Source: Squalus acanthias (taxonomy: Eukaryota). From it: DNA of 64,000 nt. The stretch spans positions 69,690,001 through 69,754,000 of the forward strand of contig CM059432.1 in assembly GCA_030390025.1 (NCBI GenBank), read 5' to 3'. The notes under the pieces were generated by a model that saw only the letters and a list, made by a program, of their open reading frames with translations, was not told where the DNA came from and made no database searches. Made by a program: the position numbers and the translations under genes. Of this stretch, positions 24,552 to 36,879 are shown one piece after another (within the stretch, counting starts at the first letter, position 1; every line of letters begins with the position of its first letter).

Positions 24552-27458
24552 GAGCTAGAAATTCATGTGGTTTGTGCCACAAGATGGCACTAAAATGCCA
24601 TTGACAGCTGTAACGATAGCTCATGCCGGTTCCAGCACCACACGTCATATTGGTGGTGCCAGTAGTGCTGCCAGTAACCTCGATCGCCAGGGAGCTCACC
24701 ACGATGGAGATTGTGACATCAGTGAGTGTGCAACGCTCACTGGACACCCGATCTTCCAACTTTGTTTTAGCCAAGGTACTTACTGGCTGGAGAAAGCAAT
24801 GATAGCTTCAGGCGGCATGCAGCGACGCTATTCAAAAGGATCCTCACCAATCACTCACACCTGTCAGGGTTTTGAAGTTTGGGTGGCTGTGTGCTAGTTC
24901 CTGCTACTGGAAGAGTTATCTTTAGTCATTTCAAGATTCTTTGGTATCAGGGAGTGTTCTGGCAAATACAAAACTCCCTCATTATTTTTGAAAGGCTTCA
25001 AAGTACAACACTTGCTAAAAATCACTCACTCAATTAATGTGCAGTTGGTGTGCGACCACAGACAGCGAATTCTCACAGTCAATACCCGCTATCCTGGCAG
25101 CAGCCACGATGCCTTCATCCTGCACCAGACTGGTGTGCCAGCACTCTTCCAGCCACCACATCAAGCTCGAGTGTGGCTGCTCGGAGACAAGGGCTATCCA
25201 CTCTCTACCTGGCTCATGACTGCCCTCCGCAACCCCAACACTCATGCCCAGCACTCATATAATGAGAGCTATGCTGCCACCAGGAACATCATCGAGCAGA
25301 CCAGCGGCTTATTGAAGCAATGGTTCCGTTGCCTTGACCGTTCGGGAGGAGCCCTCCAGTACTCGCCAGAGCGGGTGTCCCATTTCGTGGTGGTCTGCTG
25401 CATGCTCCACAACTTGGCCATCATGAGGGCGCAGCCCTTGCCAGCAGGGATTGCGGGGCCACCTCAGGAGGGGGGACGAGGTAGAGGAGGATTAGAATGA
25501 GGAGGAGGAAGAGGACGAGAAGGAGGAGGAACAGGAGGGAGGGAGGAGGCAGCGAGACAATCGGCCATCCCGATGGGCTGTCCGTGACCAGCTCATCAGA
25601 CTCCGATTCACATGAATGAAACCCCAGATCCCCGTTGCTCACCACATCCCCATCATATCATCCCTGTCTCACGCCATATCACAGCATCCTCCTGGGCGCA
25701 AAGGTGAAATGAGAGAGACCACAAAATATTCCAAACACCATTAATAAATTTATCTATAAACATATCACACATATTACATGAAATCTGATATCTAATGACC
25801 CTTGTGCCTGCCATAGTTGAATAGCTGTCATTGTGTGCAAGGTGTGAGATGTGGGTGTGAGTGTTGCTAGGTAGAGATTGTTGGTGGGTGAGTGCTGTGG
25901 GTGTGGTACATTGAGCAGTGTGTGAAACTTGTGGTACAGATGGTGGTATGTAGCATTTGTTCAAACCTTCATTCACCCTGACCAACCGTGTGAGCTCGTT
26001 AAACTTCTTCCTGCACTGGATGTGGGACCTGGGGAGCACAGTGCTGCCCGTGATGTGGTGTGCCACCTCCCTCCACATAGTCCGGCAGACTTGTGGTGAG
26101 TGTCGCCTGCCAGTTGGTACAGGACCGCCCGCCTTCTCTCCACTGCTAAAACCAATGCCTCCAAAGCTTCATCGGAAAACCTCCAGGCTCTCTCTCCGGG
26201 GCGGCAATCTGTCATCAGGATTTGTAAATAAGTGCTCCTTCGCCTTGTCCTTCCTCTTATGGTTGTTGAGGCAGCTGCACACCCAACAATGCTGAGAATG
26301 AGGTGCTGCAGCATCTCTTTAAGTAGTGAAAAAGCCCGTGGCAATCATTACTTGAATTTAGACTACACCCGATATTGGTCCATCTTTTCAGTGTAATGCC
26401 AATGAGCTTGGGTTTTTAGACTAGAATCATGGCTGCAATCATTTTAATGAGGAGTGAGGATGAATTTTGCGTGCAGTCTAGATGATTTTCACCTGGCGCT
26501 ACTTAAACATTTTGGGGTAGAAATTAGGTCGCGCCCCATTTGGGGCGCAAATATCGTCCGGACGCAAATATTAGCGCCTGGCGCTAATTATCGGCACTGA
26601 CGGGAAACTTCACTTTTACCGCCCCGGGAGGTGAGTGGAGCGCTAAAGCAGGCGCTGCACACCTCTCTTAAGGCGCAAAGGCCGAGCACTGAGGCGCTAA
26701 CTCGGAGCGCTGGCGAAGCTCATGTAATGTCAGTCAGCAATGGAACACACACACAATGGCACGGGCCAGTTCTTAAAGGGGATGGTTAATCTTGCTTTCC
26801 ATCCACATCCTGTTCATTGCTGCCTTGAATCTCGGCCTGGAGAGACTTGCACATCAAATGTGCTGGAAAGAACAATGGAGAGCACCAGGCAAAGAGCTCA
26901 GAGTGCAGCTCCCACGGTCTCTGCTAAATCGATACAAGGAATGGCAAATCAAAATGAACCTGCAAAGTGCTGCTCAGTACCCAAAACTCCTTCACACAAC
27001 GTTGAATCTCTCCAGAAGTCTCTCCCTCTCTCTCTCAGAATGCGTAGTTCAAAAATGCCACCAACAATAAAAGACAGGAAGAGGCCCCCTTTAAATAGCG
27101 CCCCCCCCCCCAGCCCCACAGCGATTGATAGCGTTCCAGTCTTCTGGTCGTTGGAAGCGCCAGGCGGTAAGGCAGGGGACGCCACTCAATTTCCGCTACG
27201 GGGCGCCCCAAGGGCGTTGCACCATGGAATGACGTCACAATCTGCGCGCGCAGGTGGTCGCAGCGGTAAGTTTTAGCGCCGCCGCACAATCTCAAGTTAA
27301 GTTCTCGAGCGGCGCAAACATCGCTGCGCCCGGGCGTTAGCGGCTTTGCGCCCCATTAGCGCCCTCTTAAGGCGCTAACGGGTGGCGCAACCAAGTGAAT
27401 TTTTACCCCTTTTAGTCGAAACACTGCCCATTCCTTGGCTATAATGAATTTCTAGCCC
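24552..27458. mobile_element. PIF/Harbinger transposon H4 (internally deleted) inserted into the LINE B endonuclease region
   Basis: TIRs gagctagaaattc / gaatttctagccc, transposase 3' half on + (about 25024-25616, LLGDKGYP) and Myb 5' part on - (about 25810-26220). Confidence 0.88.
26514..27409. mobile_element. GC-rich Harbinger-type MITE (family X) nested in H4
   Basis: TIRs ggggtagaaatt / aatttttacccc and TTT TSD. Closely similar to 43683-44597, and the equivalent site in H5 (about 54945-54965) is empty. Confidence 0.85.
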
Positions 27459-27889
27459 ACATGTAAGTATGACTATGTCAGGTTGTTGGGACAGCTCTCC
27501 CAACTTTGGCACAGGTCCCCAAACGTTAGTGAGAAGACTTTGCTGAGTTGAATGGGCTGCGTGTGTCTTTGCCGTGTCCAAATCCGGTGCTTAGGGCAAT
27601 GCCAGGTTGTCCGTCCGGTTTTATTCTTAATGTTTTTCCTAGCGGTTTGATACAACTGAGTGGCTTGCTAGGCCATTTCAGAGGGCAGTTAAGAGTCAAC
27701 CACATTGCTGTAGGTCTGGAGTCACATATAGGCCAGCCTGGGTAAGGACGGAAGATTTCCTTCCCTAAAGGACATTAGTGAACCAGATGGGTTTTCACGA
27801 CAATCCGGTAGTTTCATGGTCACCATGACTGATACTAGCTTTTTAATCCAGATTTATTTAATTAACTGAATTAAAATTCCCCAGCTGCT

Positions 27890-27972
27890 GTGGAGGGATT
27901 TAAACACACATCTCTGGATCATTCTTCCAGGCCTCTGGATTACTAGTCTAGTAACATAATCACTATGCTACC
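27890..27972 (-). promoter_or_regulatory. tRNA-like head with Pol III A-box and B-box at the 5' end of LINE B
   Basis: The minus strand reads GGTAGCATAGTGATTA (A-box-like), CTAGA-CTAGTAA-TCCAG (anticodon-arm-like) and GTTTAAATCCC (B-box-like, one mismatch). Confidence 0.65.
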
Positions 27973-29145
27973 ATTCAGCAAATTTCAACCAGTTTCACAT
28001 CTTTCAACAAAGATGGCCATCTCAATTCTGTTTCTGCTTCAGGGTATGGCTATACTGCTCATACCATCACTTATGGCGGTGTTGTTAGAATTCGGGTTTG
28101 AAATGGTATTGAAGGGCAATAGCACAGAGACCTTTGCCATGGCTGCCCACCTCCATTTACATGCAGCAAGCCAGGCTCCTGGCCTATTTATCTGGACTGG
28201 CTTTTTTTAGGAAGAGAATTCGGATGAGAATTTATGGGGTAGGATTGTGATAGTAAGTCACACTGTCTCAGTGTGGCCATAAAACTGCCCCAGAACCGGT
28301 GGTTTCAGGAAGAAAAAAAATCCAGCTCCAGCTGTCTTAATCAATCAAAGGACAATTTGGTTACAATTAATCCTTTCTCACACAAACTTGTCTTCAAAAG
28401 TTGTAACTCTCAGTCCTTGGAAAATTTAGCAAGATAGCATGCTATACTGATAACCGAGTCCCTAAGATTCCTTACACAATGCCTTCAGTCACAAGACCAC
28501 TGGTTCATCATTTTTATCCAAGGCCCAAGACCATTTGATCATAAGTAGAAAAATCCTTCTTTGTCTGGTCGACACTACTTGGACTGAACTGCTATTTTGT
28601 CTGAATTCTGAAATCACATAATGGAGGAAATTAATCCCTTTGAATAGCCTACAGCAATTGAGAGAGGTATGTGTGGGGGTAGCTTGTTAGTCTTCACCAC
28701 CTCAGGTAATGTGGTGGAGTGGATTGCCCACCTCTTACAAAACCCACCTGATTTTCATTACATTGAAATCAATGAATCCACCCCATGTTGTTTTAACTTG
28801 TATATTCATGCATATTTATCTTCAAAAAGGTAAAACATGTTACAGTAAAATTTAAAATTAGTAGGTGATCTTCCATGCTGAAAATCATGAAGGTTGCAGA
28901 TTAAAATCGGAGGAACCTGCATGAAGAGAGCAGGACCTCAGCAGGTAAGCACCACAGGTGATTTTAATGCCCACCAGCCCGGTTTCTGCTTATTAATGGT
29001 CTCTATGGAAATTCCTTTTTACCTGGAGAAGGGGGAATAGAGGAATGCTAGCAAATTTGGGTTACATCATGTGCTGCTCACCGTTAATCTCCCAGGCGCG
29101 AATATGGGTGACAGCTAGAGTCACAACTTACACCCTGGAACATGG

Positions 29146-29985
29146 TCCTGGTTCTTGAAGGCCAATCATCACAGGCTCAGGACATCACTGCATGAGTTCC
29201 TCCTGGTTCTTGAAGGCCAATCATCACAGGCTCAGGACATCACTGCATGAGTTCCTCTGGCCAGTGTCCAATGCCTGACCATCTTCAAGTGGTAAATCTA
29301 CATCCTTCCTTCTGCCATAAAGTCAGGAATGGGGATGTTCACTAACAATTCCACAGTGTCCACCACCATCAAGATCCATAGGGTCATTATTGACCAGGAG
29401 CTTAACTGGACCAGCCATATCAACACCGTGACTAGGGCAGAGCAAAGGTTGGTACTCTGAGACAAGTGGCTCACTCCCTGACCCCTCACAGTCTCTGCAC
29501 CATCTACAGATCTCAAGTCAGGCGTGTGATGGAATGCTCACACGCAACTGGATGGGTGCAGTTGCAACAACACTCAAAAATCTCGACATCATTCAAAGCA
29601 AAGAAGTTCACTTGTGCGCGCCTTTGCCACTGGACTCAATAACCACTCTCTCCATCACTGGCACACTGTGGTTGTCATATGTACTTTCTACAGGATGCAC
29701 TGCAGCAAATCACCAACTTTACTTAAACAGGACTGTGACCTCTACCCCTGAGAAGGTCAAGAGCAGCAATATCATGCGAACACCATCACCTCCAAGTTCC
29801 CCTCAAAGTCATACACTGTCCTGACTTGGGCATAAATTGCTGTTCCTTCATCATTGCTCATTCAAAATTCTGGAATTCCCTACCTAACAGCACCATGGAA
29901 GTACCATCACCATTGCATCAGTTCAAGGAGATGGCCCACCTTCTCAGCAAGTTGGGATGGGTAATGAATTCAGCTTTCAGTGTTG
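29146..29985 (+). mobile_element. Decayed LINE B-family RT/3' fragment beginning with a perfect 55-bp tandem duplication
   Basis: Similar to the reverse complement of 21850-22830. The unit 29146-29200 is repeated exactly at 29201-29255. Confidence 0.75.
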
Positions 29986-30146
29986 TTTCAAGTATTTGTG
30001 ACACTGCAGCCTGGACCATTAAACAGCATTGTTGGAATTAATATGCTTGCCACCTCCGTCCAGACACACTTAACAACTGTCTCGCTACCTAACAAACATC
30101 TGTAGGAAGAAGGAGCTCTTTCCTATGGCACACTTGCTGCAATATT

Positions 30147-30970
30147 GACCCGGAATTTGCAGTCAATGGCAAAGCAAAGGCGTTTGCCGCTGGCCCCGAA
30201 GAAAGCTGCCCACATCTCGCGATCTCTGTGGTGAGAAGTTTGCCTTTTTCAATGTGCAATTGAGATCAGTGTAATGTAACGGGAATCCCGTAGCGCAATC
30301 TGCTGTGATGTCAACAAGCTGTCTAAGCAGCCAATCACAATGCAGAATTTTCACAGACAGGGAAGCAGGAAGTGAAGAATTTTCTTTTATTCTGACTTTT
30401 TAAAAATGTTACAGGGAGCAAAACAAAGATTGGGGGTCTCATATGGGGAAAAGGTAAACCTGAAATAAATATGAACGAACTTTTAAAAAATATAATTTTT
30501 TTAAAGTTTCTTAAAAATTGTAATTTTTTATTGTAATGGAGAAATTTGACACTCCACAAAATTAAAATTAGTTTTTTTTCAGGGCCATAACCTTTGTTTA
30601 GCAGTCAATATGCTGTTAAAACCCTAGTTACACCTAATCCAACAAGGTCTAACATTTAATGGGACATTTTACTATGTTAAAGGCGCTATATAAATACAAG
30701 TTATTGTTATTGTATTTAACAGTGATATTACCACGGAAAAGCCCAAGTTTTCATCAGTTTCACTGATTTCCCTGATTACACTGATTGCCGGCTCTGTGGG
30801 GCGGGGCCACAGCGCAGCCAGTATCGGAGCAACGAATGACTGACCGCAACTTCAGGATTTCCGCGTTGAGAGGCGCATGCGCTGGATCCTGAAGTTATGG
30901 TCAATTTCAAAGGTGTAATAGCAGCGAATGCTGCTCGTTTGCTGTTATTGCCCACTGCAAATTCCGGGCC
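30147..30970. mobile_element. Harbinger-type MITE with TIRs related to 869-1703
   Basis: TIRs gacccggaatttgcagt / actgcaaattccgggcc, with AATATT on both flanks. Contains a short L2/SINE tail at about 30660-30712. Confidence 0.75.
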
Positions 30971-33900
30971 AATATTTTTAGCGCCCCATTGGTAAATTGA
31001 GCAGTCCTGCTGCTGGACCATGTAGTAGTTTTGACCATGGGTGCGCTATAACAAGGTTCCCCTTTACCTACAAAAACAAACAGGACTATTTAAACAGCTG
31101 CAGGCCCACTAATGAGTGAACTCCTAATGAGAGGCATCGTTCACAGAAGGGAACTGCTTTTGCTCTCGCAAACTGCTAATTGTGCTGACCCCAGAAATAT
31201 ACACTGGGTCAGTACATGAACACTTAGGCTTGTGCTGATAGTGCACCACCTGCCAACTAGTTATTCATTTTAATGACCAGAACATCATGAAAGTTGCAAA
31301 TCGGTATGCTGACCTTCATACTTATTTTTCTATCTGTCTTCCCATCAAGTGAAGCTCCACACTGGGATTGATAACTCAAAATTATTTCTCTCATCTTGGA
31401 GCCTCTGAGCACTTCATTTCCTAGAATATTTAAAATCTTCTTTGCTGTAATGTTGATTACCTGGCAGATTTCATAGTGGATAACTGTACTGCACAGCATG
31501 CAGTTAAATGATTCTGTTTGAAATAGCAGTTATTGAAGGATTAGTCTATTAAACCAGTAGTCAATATTATTATTTTTAAATGAACAAATATGAGCAAGAA
31601 CAGATTTCAGATCATTTATTTTGATTATGGTTCTATTCTGTTTAGATACACTAGATGTCGTACTTGTAACAATATGTTGTTGTGAGTAATGATAAGGATT
31701 TGATTCAAACATCCAGAAGAGATTTTAAATCTATTTCTTTTACCTTAATAATTGTTAGGATGATTACAAAAATAATTTAAGCTGACAAAGCATTGCCATG
31801 TGATTGTAATGTAAATATAGTGGCTTGTAACTGACAGTATTTAAAATGGCAAATAGGAAGGATAGCTATGAGCTTAGGAACATTTCATTAAGCATATACC
31901 ACTGACATACTAATACAAAATGGGATCTGACATTGAGGCAGGTTGGCCAAATGCCAAAATCACAGACCTGCATGGAAGAGTCACTAGTAAATATATACAG
32001 TCTGTGTGCAGCCTTCAGCACCATTTAAGTTAGACATTTGTCTTATGTAAGATTGACAATTAAGGATACATTTGTAATGGTAAACATTCATTAAATCCAT
32101 ACTTAGAACTTCACAACCGTGCTTTTAAATTATCACATATATTGGAGAGATAAAACTGATATTAAATAAATAATTTAATTTGTCAGAAATACTTCTATTA
32201 ATTTGTGCTGCATTGAAAGATGGCTCTTTTTCTCCCCCTCAAATGTCAGTGTTTATTATGATCTCTTGACATCAGGCCACCAGATTCTCTGCAAACCTAT
32301 AATCTCATTACGATTCTGCTGCTAGAATATGGCAAAATTTGTCAAATGTAAATACAAACAAGAAACTTATCGTCTGATATTAAAGAAACATGAATTTGGA
32401 CAGGTAATTTGTTCAAAAGTTTCTAATAGATAAATCCATTGATCATTTAATTTGTAGTTCTATCTTTTGGTTGGCTAAAGCTTTAATCAAGTTATTGAAA
32501 TTTAATGTATTTTTCCAATTAGAAAAATATCACATTAAAAGAAAAAATACCCTATCTATGTAATCTTTTCTAAATCTAACCATTTTAGAATAATACAAGA
32601 AGGTCTTGTAAAATGGCATAAAGCCATTGGCCACACATTTCCATGGGCTGTGATCCCAACATTTACACTGGGATCATGTCAGCCAGTGCCCCCAGTGCTG
32701 ACTCCACCAAAGTATGTGGACCCAGGAGGAGGGCACCTAATTTACATAGGGCTGACGGACACATCAGAAGATACAGGAAAAGGTTAGTAGGCTCAAACTA
32801 GACTATCCCTCTTTCAGAGGTCAAATATACCCTTCAATCATTTCTGTACCAAAAATGTCTCCACTTGTACCTTGAATACATTTTTACTGAATACTTCAGT
32901 GGCCTTCACTTGTAGTATATTCCACAACTTGAACCCTTTGGGGTAAAAAGTTCCACCTCACTTCCTTTCTTGCTAACTTGCTAATTTTAACCTTGTGTCT
33001 CCTCTCTTTTTGTGTGGTTCACATTTCCATTCTATTGTGATAAATGATTTATACACACCGCCTGTTTCATGATTTGACCGCCTTCTCATAAACCCACAAA
33101 GAAAAATAAAGTGCTTTATCTGCATAGTACGAAGGGTCACATTGAATATTCAGCTAATAAATGACTTTTGTGCCAGATAGTCACTGGGAACGATGGTCAG
33201 GTTCATAACAACCTGTATTGATGTATTATTAGTGCTGTATTCTTTTAAAAAAATTGACAAATATGCATAAACATTTTTAAAATAAATACACACTGACTTC
33301 CCCATCAATATGAAAAACTTAAAATGATTTCTAAGTGGGGACTGGGTTAATGCACGTACTTACAGGTCAGTCAGCTCACGGCCTGACCTAAAATAGTGGA
33401 CTTGACCTATGTACCAATGAAGCAGCTGTTTTCTATTCCCAGTGGAGACCTCCAGTGGTCAGAGGTACCCCAGAAAAAACCTCTCAAGGGGAGACTTGTT
33501 GCGTTTGCAGCACTTATGTCATTTGTTTCCTTTACAAGATTGCCTCCAATAGCTACAATGCTGATAGTGGAAATCCTAAAGTAAAGGATGTTTCAGCAAC
33601 AAATGCAAAGTATTACTATAGTTTATCCATTGGAGGTTGCTGACAACCATGCTTTAGGTAACAGACTTTTGAAAACTGCCCCTCATTGAGATATCACTAA
33701 AGGTTGAATTTACGATTTTGGCCTCAAGATCTTTTTACAGTAGTTTATGGAACTACTGGTAATACCAAGGAAGACATTCAGGCAGCATTATATTGGTTCA
33801 AACATCCTTCTAAGGTAGTGTTAGACACAGTCTTACAAATTGTTTTGTCGGTTAATTGAATGTTTTATTAGACGGTACTTTTCGTGTTTTGTTTGCTCAG

Positions 33901-34120
33901 ATTAATCTAATTGATCTTGGGGAGTTATATAAAATTCGCATAGGCCATGACAATAGTACGGACAAACCTGGCTGGTTTCTAGACGATGTAAAGCTGAAGG
34001 AGCTTAATACTGGACGGGTTATCAGTCTTCCTGTAAACCGTTGGCTAGATGAGAATCAAGATGATGGAGATATATGGAGGGAATTTCCTATTGCCAAACC
34101 AGGAGAAATGCACCTTCCAG
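33901..34120 (+). CDS. RP1: PLAT-domain protein exon 5 (INLIDLGELYKIRIGHDNSTDKPGWFLDDVKL...VNRWLDENQDDGDIWREFP...)
   Basis: Classic PLAT motifs DLGEL.KIRIGHDN, GWFLD.V and NRWLD. gtttgctcag acceptor and CCAG|gtaagt donor, phases 0/1. Confidence 0.95.
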
Positions 34121-34184
34121 GTAAGTGTCTCTGTCTTTGCTATACTGCTATTCCACTGCCCATAATATTGGCACTTGGATCACA

Positions 34185-34315
34185 TAGATAAATACTTGAA
34201 GGAGAAAAATTTGCAGGGGCAGGGGAGTGGGAATAATTGGATAGCTATTTCAAAGCGCTGGCACAGGTACAATGAGCCGATTCGCCTCCTTCTGTGCTGT
34301 ACCATTCTATGATTG
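34185..34315 (+). mobile_element. CR1 3' end fragment
   Basis: gataaatacttgaagg...ttgcaggg...cctccttctgtgctgtaccattctatgatt is a CR1 3'UTR and tail. Confidence 0.7.
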
Positions 34316-35068
34316 TATCAGTACCCTCCAGCACTGACCCAGCTGGAGTTCATGGGGTCCAAAGAAGGACACTTAATTTACATTGGATTTGTGGGCACCT
34401 AAGCCACTGTAGGCACATCTCCGGTCCCCCCTTGCCTCACAAGCTATAAAATGACATCAGTTTCCTGTTCCGAGGAAGTGACAAGTTCTCCCAGAAAGCT
34501 TTGAAGAGCACCCAGCTCTGTAAGCAAACTGTGTTTAATTTTTTTTAAAGTTCTGCAAGTTTCATCAGGGTGCAGTCTATGATTCTAGTCTGTTACCCCC
34601 TTGTGGGGCCCACCTGCACCCTTCAGGAGGTCGGTACACCTCATCTAACACAGTGTAACCTTATCCAGGTCCCTGTGAGGCTGAGGATACAGGAACTCCC
34701 AACATATGGAGTCCCCACCCTTGGCCTCTCTCCCAGTCGCACCCTCTCTGATGTGATAGCCTTGTGAAGGGTGGATGGAGGTTCCGCCGCTTACTAGGCA
34801 CTAAGGAAATCTCAAAGTTAAGGCCTGGATCCTGTGTATCTGAGTCCCAGTAGAGGCTATTCCAGCAAATTCCTGCAGAAAATAGGGTGGGAGTCCACCA
34901 GAACAGCTAAATAATTTCTGTATTATTTAATGATAGTAGAGATGTAGAGTTCTCAACGAACAAGATGTCATAGAATGTAATAAGTGGATTCAGTATGTGA
35001 TTTTTGCCACTTATATTTTTGGTTTTCCCTTTTTAATTACCTTTTCTTCTTTTTTTAAAATGGGACAG

Positions 35069-35223
35069 TGCTGCTATATCATATCCATGTGTTTACTGGT
35101 AATAAACCTGGAGCAGAGACAGATGCTAATGTCTACATCAACATATTTGGTGAAAGAGGAGACATAGGCAAACGGAAACTGCACAGGTCTCAAAACAATC
35201 AGGGAAAGTTCCAAAAAGAGCAG
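35069..35223 (+). CDS. RP1: PLAT-domain protein exon 6 (VLLYHIHVFTGNKPGAETDANVYINIFGERGDIGKRKLHRSQNNQGKFQKEQ)
   Basis: PLAT N-terminus (Y.I.V.TG...A.TDANVYI.IFGERGD.G.R.L), acceptor after a pyrimidine tract and CAG|gtaac donor, phases 1/0. Absent from the ORF track. Confidence 0.95.
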
Positions 35224-35389
35224 GTAACACGACAAAATATCTATTAAATACATAAACAATTTATGTTCTCCAAGAACAAATGGTAAACCAGATATTTTCT
35301 TTTTATTGGTATGGCATGTTATTCTAATTGATGTAATGTAGAAATTACAGTACAGCATAATTTGTTCAAACACTCCATTATTCACTGAG

Positions 35390-35590
35390 TAGAAGATAGA
35401 AATTTACAACACAGAAGGAGGCCATTCGCTCATCGTGTCTATGCCAGCTCTTTGCTAAATCAATCCAAAACTAAGCCCAATGCCTAGCCATTTCCCCATA
35501 GCCTTGTACCTTCCTCTGCTTCAAATATTTATCTAATTTTCCCTTAAAATATGCAATAATCTCTGCCACAACAACTCCATGTAGTAAAGC
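35390..35590 (-). mobile_element. CR1 3' end fragment
   Basis: atagaaatttacaacacagaaggaggccattc... matches the other CR1 tails in the window. Confidence 0.65.
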
Positions 35591-35786
35591 ACAGACGGTG
35601 AGTACAAAAGAAGGCAATAAGCCTGTGCAAAAGTTATACGCTAGATTCTTTGGGCCCCAATTTTTATACTAATTAGGTGATCACCTTGTAATACAACTTG
35701 AGTGCCTGAGCAACAGTTCAGCGTTTGTTCCAAAATTGTGGCCCACAAAAGTTCAGGCACTTCTGCCTGGTGCCCCCTTACATTCT

Positions 35787-36570
35787 TAGAATCATAGAAT
35801 CATAGAATGGTTACAGCACAGAAGGAGGCGATTTGGCCTGTCGAGCCGTGCCAGCTCTCTGCAAGAGCACTTCAGCTAGTCCCACTCCCCCGCCCTTTCC
35901 CCGTAGCTTTGCAGATCCTTCAGGTACTTATCCAATTCCCTTTTGAAAGCTACGATTGAGTCTGCCTCCACCACCCTTTCAGCCAGATCCTAACCACTCG
36001 CTGCGTAAAAAGTTTTTCCTCATGTCGCCTTTGGTTCTTCTGCCAATCACCTTAAATCTGTGTCCTCTGGTTCTCGACCCTTCCGCCAATGGGAACAGTT
36101 TCTCTCTATCTACTTTGGCTAGACCCCTCATGATTTTGAACACCTCTATCAAATCTCCTCTCAACCTTCTCTGCTCTAAGGAGAACAACCCCAGCTTCAC
36201 CAGTCTATTCACGTAACTGATATTCCCCATCCCTGGAACCATTCTTGTAAATCTTTTCTGCACTCTCTCGAAGGCCTTCACATCCTTCCTAAAGTGCGGT
36301 GCCCAGAATTGGACACAATACTCCAGTTGAGGTCAAACCAGTGTTTTATAACGGTTCATCATAACTTCCTTGCTTTTCTACTCTCTGCCTCTATTTGTGA
36401 AGCCCCAGGATCCTGTATGCTTTTTTAACCGCTTTCTCAAACTGCCCTGCCACCTTCAGTGATTCGTGCACATATACCCCCAGGTCTCTCTGTTCATGCA
36501 CCCACTTTAGAATTGTACCCTTTAGTTTATATTGCCTCTCCTCGTTCTTCCTACCAAAATGTATTTCTTG
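35787..36570 (-). mobile_element. 5'-truncated CR1 LINE
   Basis: (TAGAATCA)n tail and ORF FERVQKRFTRMVPGM...RLRGDLIEVFKIM. Confidence 0.9.
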
Positions 36571-36879
36571 GCCTCATGGCACCAATGCTTTCTTGCCCAG
36601 TGTCCCCCTTCCTTCACCCTGCACTCCCTTTCCTCCCTGTCCTGTACCCTTTGTTCCACCGTCAGGAAGGAGCCTGTCACACAACAGCCCTTCACTGGCT
36701 GATAGCACCCAACGTTGCAGCCCTGGCACTCCCTGCATGTCATGAGAGATGCACCTGGAGAATCAATAAATTATGTAAATAGTCTGATGCATTATCTGGT
36801 GAGGTCTGCCTATTTGTGCAGGGACACATGTAGCATCTGCAGAACACCAGTGTTCGTGGTGTGTCCAGCTTTTGGCTCT

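Larger units (their letters stand above)
21808..27972 (-). mobile_element. LINE family B (CR1/L2-group EN+RT), apparently full length, split by H4 (segments 21808-24551 and about 27462-27972)
   Basis: RT motifs PISLLSIISKVME, LDIKAAFDRVWH, GSVLGPTIFSCFINDL and FADD. The endonuclease start LTNVWG...PDIVILT (about 27530-27465) continues as ESYLSANVPDSSITIPGY at 24550. Confidence 0.88.

Noticed and set aside
26740..27276. Conserved novel ORF shared with 43927-44289
   Set aside because: The similarity reflects two copies of MITE family X. The frames diverge at a CT microsatellite and no domain is recognisable.
27890..27972. Functional tRNA gene
   Set aside because: The variable region is too long, the boxes are mismatched, there is no convincing acceptor stem, and it is attached to a retroelement.
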